From positions 1,479,509-1,543,508 of the forward strand of contig MU054220.1 in assembly GCA_013239625.1 (NCBI GenBank): a stretch of DNA of 64,000 bases. The letters are read 5' to 3'. The stretch's first letter is position 1. Each line of letters opens with the position of its first letter. This DNA comes from Lama guanicoe (lineage: Eukaryota). Shown in pieces: positions 59,401 through 64,000 of this stretch. The position numbers and the translations under genes were made by a program. The notes under the pieces were generated by a model. It was given only the letters and a program-made list of their open reading frames with translations, searched no databases and had not been told where the DNA came from.

Positions 59401-62400
59401 TCTACTGTTTCTTTGGGTTCAATTTTTTTTTTTCCAAGATCCCACATACAAGTGCTACTGTGCAGTGTCTGTGAGTGTCTGGCTCATGTCACTGAGCATA
59501 ATGCCCTCTATCACGTTCATCCACGTTGTTACGAATGTTATTTTATTGATCGTTTCCTTTGCTGTGCAGGAGCTTCCCAGTCTTAGTCCCGCTTGTTTAT
59601 GTTTGCTCTTGTTGTTTTTGCTTTTGGTGTCAAAACACAAAAAATTAATCCCAATGTCAAGGAGTTTACCCCCTGTATTTCTCCTAGGAGTTTTACAGTT
59701 TTGGGTTTTAATTTTAATTTTTAATCCATTTTGGGTTGACTTTTATGTATGGTATATGGTAGGGGTACAATTTCATTCCTTTGCATGTAGATATCAAGTT
59801 TTCCCAACACTGTTTATTAAAGGCATAATCTTTCCCCCGATGTTTATTATTGACTCCTTTGTTGAAAATTAATTGCATTTATAAATTAATTGTACACACG
59901 AGTTTATTTCTGGGCTCTCTGTTCTGTTCCATTCTTGACTGTTACAGATTCTCTGGTTTTCCCAATTAGTACGTCTCTCCTACAGGGTGAAAAATGCAAT
60001 AGCCCTCTGTCTCCCTTACTGTCAGTGCCCCTGGGAGCAGGGGACATTAAAATTGGCGGGGACACTGACATTGCTTTGGGACAGACACCACTGAAGTCTG
60101 ATGTCACATATTGATGAATTGTGATTTTAAACCCAAAACATGAGAGCAGGCTCCTTGACCATCTGTCCATCTATCCATTCAGCAAATTGTATTGTGTAAC
60201 TGCTACACACCAGGCCATCTACTGGATGCTGGGAATGCAACATAAAACAAAACACTACCCCTGCCTCAGGGACCTCAGAGTCTGCTGGGGATTTTAACAA
60301 GTGAGCAGGAAGTTACATAGAGAGTAGGATGCAGTGGGAAACAGGAGAAGCATTCAACCAACTTTTAGTACTTTGGAGTTTTGTGGCTATAAAATCCTTG
60401 CTTCTTTTATATATAAAATTAGGTATGGGTCCAATAGTAGCTGATCCCTAGTGGATAGGATGCATTCCGCCCTCCTCTTGTGGAATGCTGCCCTGTAGTT
60501 AACTTTGAGGTCCCACAGCATTCCACTGAGGTGCCCACACAGCACAGCTGTCTCTGTTCAGTATTGAGGGTCATTTGGTGTCTAGTCTAATAGTGGCAAG
60601 AGCCAAGCTATGAAGTCTGTCTCGAGTTCCAGTTCCAGCCCCACTATGTAATTTTCCACGAGTTAGTCAACCACCCTGGGGCTCAGTTTCTGTATCTAAA
60701 TTATTGGAGTAATATTTACATCATAAGGTTGTTGAGAATATTCAATGTGAAAAATTCCTAGTATATGGTAGGCATTCAATAAACATTAGTTTCTTTTCTT
60801 CAAATTACTATTTGTTTGTTTCCTGCCTCTTTGTGTGTTAGAGTATCATAGTGAATCCACATGCATGAATAAAAAGCACTCAGTGTGTGGTCTATGTAAT
60901 CACACTTGTCCAAACGGAAAACTTAGTGAGAATCTGTTTATTTATTTCAGTCACAGGTAAATGGAAGAGACAGAAGCACCTCCCTGGACCCATCAGAAAT
61001 GACCACCTTGATGCTGACTGAAAACAAGGAGAGAATGCAGGTATTTTGCCTAATATGTATACATGTATGCCAGAAATTAATTTTATTTGGTTTTCAGGTG
61101 TATTATGTGATTTGGAGGGGTGGTGAGCCACCATCCACACAGGTACACCTTCTTGGATTTGTTCTGCTCAGATGTATGTATAAGGTAATTTGCACCCTCC
61201 GGCTGCAAACTACTTGAGCAGCGTGGGGCGCAGCCCACAAGATACCGCAGACCCAAGGAAGCCCACCCAGGGCCCAAAGCTTGCCCTGGAGAACTTAGTT
61301 TTATTCCCACAAGCATTTGTTAGGCAATTCTTCTGTAACTCCACGGAAACATTTCAGGTGAAAAGTGATAGCACAGTGGTTCTCAGCCCTTGGAGAGGTC
61401 AGCCACGCCTGGGGTCCCGCCATCAGCTGTGAGCTGTGCCTCACATCCAGCGTTACAGTGATCATTTGGTACCGAAGCTTGTGAATGATTTGCTTTATTT
61501 TAAAAGAATAAGTTAGAATGAATTCATATTTATCCCTATAGTAACATCTCTCTTGCTCACTTGCACTTGCATATTCCTTCCTGAGATGGAGGGAAAAGAG
61601 GCAGAGAAACAGCTGGTAAGCTGTGGTTTCACATAGCCCTGGGTGTGTCTGGGGGAAGGTGCTGCTCACGTGTGTCTGGGTGGAGCAAAGACTGAGGACC
61701 CCAGGTTAACATAGGTGGACTACGTACAGTGGACACTTCTCTCAAGATGAAGTCCCTGCTGTGTTTCCGAATCTGTTGCTTGGGAATTCTCGGGACAATG
61801 CTCTCATTTATGCATCAGTATCTTATTGGAGAACCTACTACGTGTGGGACCCTTTGAGGACTGTATGACCTGAGACCTCCCTGAAGGCCATGATTCTCTG
61901 GGAGAGGTAACAGGTAGACAGTCCAACCACCGAGATATAACAGGAACTGGGAGCAGTGACAAGAGAGGTGCAGACAGAGTCAAATCCAAGAGGATTTCTG
62001 TCCTGACACTCTAATAAGGGATGGCTAACCTCTTTCCTCATTCAGCATTCATTGCAAGACGTCTGTGGGTGACTAAAACCATATCCCACAACTGAAACAT
62101 GTTCGTTAGGCTGTAACATGTAACTAGGGATTCAGTTAAACCAAATGTAGTGGATGAATGCCATCCAAACCTTTACTTTTACTTCATTTTCTTAAAATTT
62201 CTTGTTTAGTATTTCTATAACAGAGATGTAGGCATTTAACTTCTGTGGCATATCAAAGAAGCAGAGTTAAAAAAAAAGTGGGGCAGTCTCCCACCTTATA
62301 AATCAAAACAGCTTATAAAATGCAGACCCTGGCCTTCTCAGGGCATTTTAAATATTGCCCATGGACCTGTCTTCGGCAGTCTCGGGGACTAGGGGAAATG

Positions 62401-62731
62401 CTTGATTCACCTCTGCCCTGTAACAATGTCAGCTACTTTTGTATTTGGGGGGAAATGCAAATACTTCTTCCTGACTCGTAAAACCAGCCCCAATCATAAC
62501 TGTAACTTTAGGAATTGCAGCATAAAGTGATTCAGCATTTATATCTTGTTTGCACAGGGAGAGAAGCCAGGGTTTGGAGTATCATGCTCTCGGAAGAGAA
62601 GCACAAACTCCAGCCAAGAGCCAGCTCCAGATATGAAGCCAAACTGGTCCAGGAACAGATACCCTGCCACAAAGAGAGGCCACACAGCCACAGTGGCATA
62701 CCCATCCTTGCACATATACACCTACCCGTAG
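32373..62731 (+). CDS. AGBL2: Cytosolic carboxypeptidase 2 (M14D zinc carboxypeptidase, tubulin deglutamylase), complete spliced CDS, 2595 nt, 864 aa
   Basis: [12 protein letters not shown] start; FESGNL and WFYF N-domain motifs; HPGE (48064-48075), NPDG, DLNR, DFHGHS, YTME catalytic motifs; ends [10 protein letters not shown]. Confidence 0.96.
32694..32757 (+). CDS. AGBL2: AGBL2 coding exon 2
   Basis: [21 protein letters not shown]. Confidence 0.93.
32895..33410 (-). mobile_element. Old L1M fragment
   Basis: GTCTTGGCTATTCTTG...ATTGGGATTGCATTGAATCTATAGATC. Confidence 0.7.
33828..33965 (+). CDS. AGBL2: AGBL2 coding exon 3
   Basis: CACTAAC branch point; [15 protein letters not shown]...QKEKRL; T|gtgagt. 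Confidence 0.92.
34600..35080 (+). mobile_element. Old L1ME fragment
   Basis: AAAAGATGCTCAATTTCACT...ATCAAAATG...TACCATTTTT. Confidence 0.6.
35750..36210 (-). mobile_element. Old L1ME fragment
   Basis: TTGCTGGATCAAGGGT...TGCCAAATTGCTTTCCAGAAAGGTTGCACCAGTTT. Confidence 0.65.
36383..36436 (+). CDS. AGBL2: AGBL2 coding exon 4
   Basis: [18 protein letters not shown]; 54 nt, phase 1-1. Confidence 0.88.
37226..37411 (+). CDS. AGBL2: AGBL2 coding exon 5
   Basis: DSLMLSSP...[18 protein letters not shown]. Confidence 0.93.
37505..39755 (-). mobile_element. L1 (ORF2 RT to 3' UTR), degenerate, antisense
   Basis: Minus ORFs QGWFNIQK...[13 protein letters not shown] and [12 protein letters not shown] are L1 ORF2 motifs. 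Confidence 0.92.
40259..40366 (+). CDS. AGBL2: AGBL2 coding exon 6
   Basis: [18 protein letters not shown]...VVYQLDS. Confidence 0.93.
40760..42095 (+). mobile_element. L1 ORF2 (endonuclease C-part to early RT), degenerate, sense
   Basis: [51 protein letters not shown] with frameshifts. Confidence 0.92.
42667..42823 (-). mobile_element. tRNA-derived SINE, long-tail form
   Basis: GGGGATTGAACCC...GAGCTATACCCTCCCCC; GGCTGCA on both flanks. Confidence 0.85.
43564..43660 (-). mobile_element. tRNA-derived SINE with TSD
   Basis: GGGGATTGAACCCAGGGCC...CACTGAGCTAT; flanks TTGGATCTTTT / TTGGATCATTTT. Confidence 0.85.
44349..44819 (-). mobile_element. Solo ERV1-type LTR
   Basis: TG...CA ends, near-TSD CTGG/ATGG, GCTTTACTGCTTTGCTGGGCAAAGGGGGCC block, antisense TATA near 44520. 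Confidence 0.7.
45689..45842 (+). CDS. AGBL2: AGBL2 coding exon 7
   Basis: [20 protein letters not shown]|gtgagt. Confidence 0.95.
46131..46396 (-). mobile_element. Probable short LTR relic
   Basis: TGTAGAGAAT start; CATGGCTTTTCATTGGCTGAG; ends TGTTTATTAATTTTTATA. Confidence 0.5.
47529..48311 (+). CDS. AGBL2: AGBL2 coding exon 8 (783 nt; N-domain and HxxE zinc motif)
   Basis: [33 protein letters not shown]. Confidence 0.97.
48600..49260. mobile_element. Two MIR elements (about 48600-48790 minus, 49010-49260 plus)
   Basis: GGTTAAATAACTTGCCCAGGGTCATACAG; TTTAACCTCCCTGTGCTTCAG...AATGAGATAATCCATGT. Confidence 0.7.
49766..49922 (+). CDS. AGBL2: AGBL2 coding exon 9 (third zinc ligand)
   Basis: [27 protein letters not shown]. 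Confidence 0.96.
50085..50515 (+). mobile_element. L1MB-type 3' end
   Basis: ACATGGATGACCCTTGAAAACATTATGCTAAGT...GGTGATGGTTGCACAA...ATCTCAATAA. Confidence 0.85.
52129..52255 (+). CDS. AGBL2: AGBL2 coding exon 10 (catalytic Glu)
   Basis: [39 protein letters not shown]; Glu codon 52228-52230. Confidence 0.96.
52430..52610 (+). mobile_element. MIR SINE
   Basis: GGAATCAGGCAGATCTGGGTTTGAA...GCATGTAAAGCACTTGGCA. Confidence 0.65.
52788..52888 (+). CDS. AGBL2: AGBL2 coding exon 11
   Basis: [30 protein letters not shown]. Confidence 0.95.
53890..54008 (+). CDS. AGBL2: AGBL2 coding exon 12
   Basis: FMQCLAELK...[11 protein letters not shown]. Confidence 0.93.
54140..55530. mobile_element. L2 fragments: antisense (about 54140-54970) abutting sense L2 3' end (about 54975-55530)
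   Basis: GGTGATGGTGGCTTAGAC...GGAGTTCAG; CCTCAGGGCCTTTGCACTGGC...CTCAGTAAATACTTGCTGAAT. Confidence 0.8.
55532..55995. mobile_element. Possible LTR fragment
   Basis: TGTAGGGTCCC start, C-rich LTR-like composition; family not identified. Confidence 0.35.
57198..57264 (+). CDS. AGBL2: AGBL2 coding exon 13
   Basis: [22 protein letters not shown]|gtgaga. Confidence 0.92.
58283..58411 (+). CDS. AGBL2: AGBL2 coding exon 14 (polybasic)
   Basis: [27 protein letters not shown]|gtaaga. Confidence 0.92.
58926..59033 (+). CDS. AGBL2: AGBL2 coding exon 15
   Basis: [19 protein letters not shown]...KPRLSE|gtagta. Confidence 0.88.
59085..59935 (-). mobile_element. L1 3' end/ORF2 end, antisense, internally deleted
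   Basis: GTTAACACATCCATCACCTCA...TTTCCTTTGCTGTGCAG...GTTTATTTCTGGGCTCTCTGTTCTGTTCCATT. Confidence 0.85.
60590..60790 (+). mobile_element. MIR SINE
   Basis: GGGCTCAGTTTCTGTATCTAAA...TGGTAGGCATTCAATAAA. Confidence 0.6.
60951..61040 (+). CDS. AGBL2: AGBL2 coding exon 16
   Basis: [30 protein letters not shown]|gtattt. Confidence 0.85.
62558..62731 (+). CDS. AGBL2: AGBL2 last coding exon
   Basis: [11 protein letters not shown]...[10 protein letters not shown]. Confidence 0.92.
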   Translation, partial: GEKPGFGVSCSRKRSTNSSQEPAPDMKPNWSRNRYPATKRGHTATVAYPSLHIYTYP

Positions 62732-62919
62732 GGAGCCTGGGCCACGCCACACGGGCACTTCCTCGCTGTGTTTTGGTTTAGACATGTTTTGTGAGGAGAG
62801 GGGCTGTGTACTAGGGAACTGTGTTCGTTTGTGGTGTACTGTGTTGTGTGTTCATCGTGCACTGTCCTCACACCATGCACTTACACTGCACATGGGCTCT
62901 CAAGATGTACACCTCATGA

Positions 62920-62925
62920 ATTAAA
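62920..62925 (+). terminator. AGBL2: Candidate AGBL2 poly(A) signal
   Basis: ATTAAA about 190 nt after stop, TGTA upstream. Confidence 0.55.
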
Positions 62926-63639
62926 ATTTCATTTTATGAAAAAATAGTTTACTGCAATGTATAAAAAGGCTTCCCTTATCAGAAATTGAAGAGTGTGCTC
63001 ATGAAACTATAACACAGATATACCTCAGTTTAACCAATAGGTAGTCTCTCAAAAATTATGTGCAAGTCAATTTTAAAAGACCAAACTCTGTTTTAAACAT
63101 ATTCTGGGAGTTTGCTGTCTTAAAAAGTCTTGTGTCAAAGCTTTCTAGCAATGAATGACCACTCAGGCTGGGGTATTTCAGGTTTGCTGAGGATGAGGTG
63201 TTTGCACATAGAGAAAACCACTCAAGTATTATTACCTGGATGGAATTCAATGTTGCATGTATTATGTTCAACATGGTTATGTAATTTTTTAAAACCCATT
63301 GATTAAAATTCTTTCTCTCCTGCAAATTGTCCCCTTTGGTTGGTTAACTGCGTAATCTTATGTGAATAGATATGTTAGATTTTATATCCCTCACAAGCAC
63401 CAAGCACCATCTGCCAGCTACAGCCTGTCACGTCCACATGCTAGAGTCATGTTGAAGGACGGTCACTGCAGTTCATGCCAGGCCTCCTATTTTGATTTTA
63501 CCTTCTTCCTTTCACATTGGATTGAAAGTTTCCTAGTGTGTTTTTGTTATCACTTTTAAACCCTTTCAGCCACCACCATTACCTGGCTGACTCGAGATTA
63601 GAACCACATGGCAACACATTTTAATCCCAGGGTCTGTAT

Positions 63640-63750
63640 CTTTTTTTTTTAATAGACTTTATTTTGAGAACAGTTTTAGATTTACAGAGAAATTGAGGAG
63701 ATGGTACAGAGAGCTCCCACACACTGCCCACCTTCCCCCCAGTCCCTCAC
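63640..63750 (-). mobile_element. L1MC-type 3' end fragment
   Basis: TAGACTTTATTTTGAGAACAGTTTTAGATTTACAG...GTACAGAGAGCTCCCAC. Confidence 0.7.
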
Positions 63751-64000
63751 ACACACTGTGGGAATCCTTTTAAAGGGAGTATCTGCCCACACCCTTTACG
63801 TAGGAGTTTGCAAATGACCTATTCCACACTTTATCCCTAAAAACTATTAGCATTTTAAGTATCTAGAAAGCACCCAGCCAAAAGCCCACTTTTTATTCCT
63901 GAAAGACTATCTTTAAAGGACAAATCCCAAAACAAAACTGCTGAGGGCAAACCTTGTTTGAAAGTTGTTCAGAAATACTTGTTTTTGCTCCAGATAAGTT

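Noticed and set aside
59213..59872. 219-aa hydrophobic ORF
   Set aside because: Antisense reading of L1 sequence; T-rich composition explains the hydrophobicity
62780..62895. GU-rich then CA-rich stretch in the AGBL2 3' UTR (possible hairpin)
   Set aside because: Pairing is short and heavily interrupted; cannot support a defined structure by eye
1..64000. CRISPR arrays, operons, rRNA or foreign inserts
   Set aside because: None seen; composition and repeats are uniformly mammalian

Overview
Eutherian mammalian genomic DNA, most likely a camelid (alpaca/llama/camel) judging by a family of tRNA-Ala-like SINEs. There are no prokaryotic features. Two intact multi-exon genes lie in tandem on the + strand. 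FNBP4 has 17 coding exons (CDS 671-29583, 3051 nt, 1016 aa, two WW domains, poly-Pro tracts). AGBL2/CCP2, an M14D cytosolic zinc carboxypeptidase and tubulin deglutamylase, has 17 coding exons (CDS 32373-62731, 2595 nt, 864 aa). I assembled both by hand from GT-AG boundaries; all phases are consistent, with no internal stops. The rest is CpG-island promoters, UTRs and introns full of L1, L2, MIR, hAT, LTR and SINE relics. I found no convincing new gene or system. The best leads are RNA-processing features: a CpG-rich FNBP4 intron 11 with poison/decoy splice sites that splits WW2; a truncated SINE that created a stronger competing donor beside FNBP4 exon 9; a stop-start uORF abutting the AGBL2 ATG; an AG|GT dual-use site and a candidate alternative last exon in AGBL2; and inverted TE pairs beside exons. 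Comparisons with human sequences are from memory and need checking; repeat family names and boundaries are approximate.
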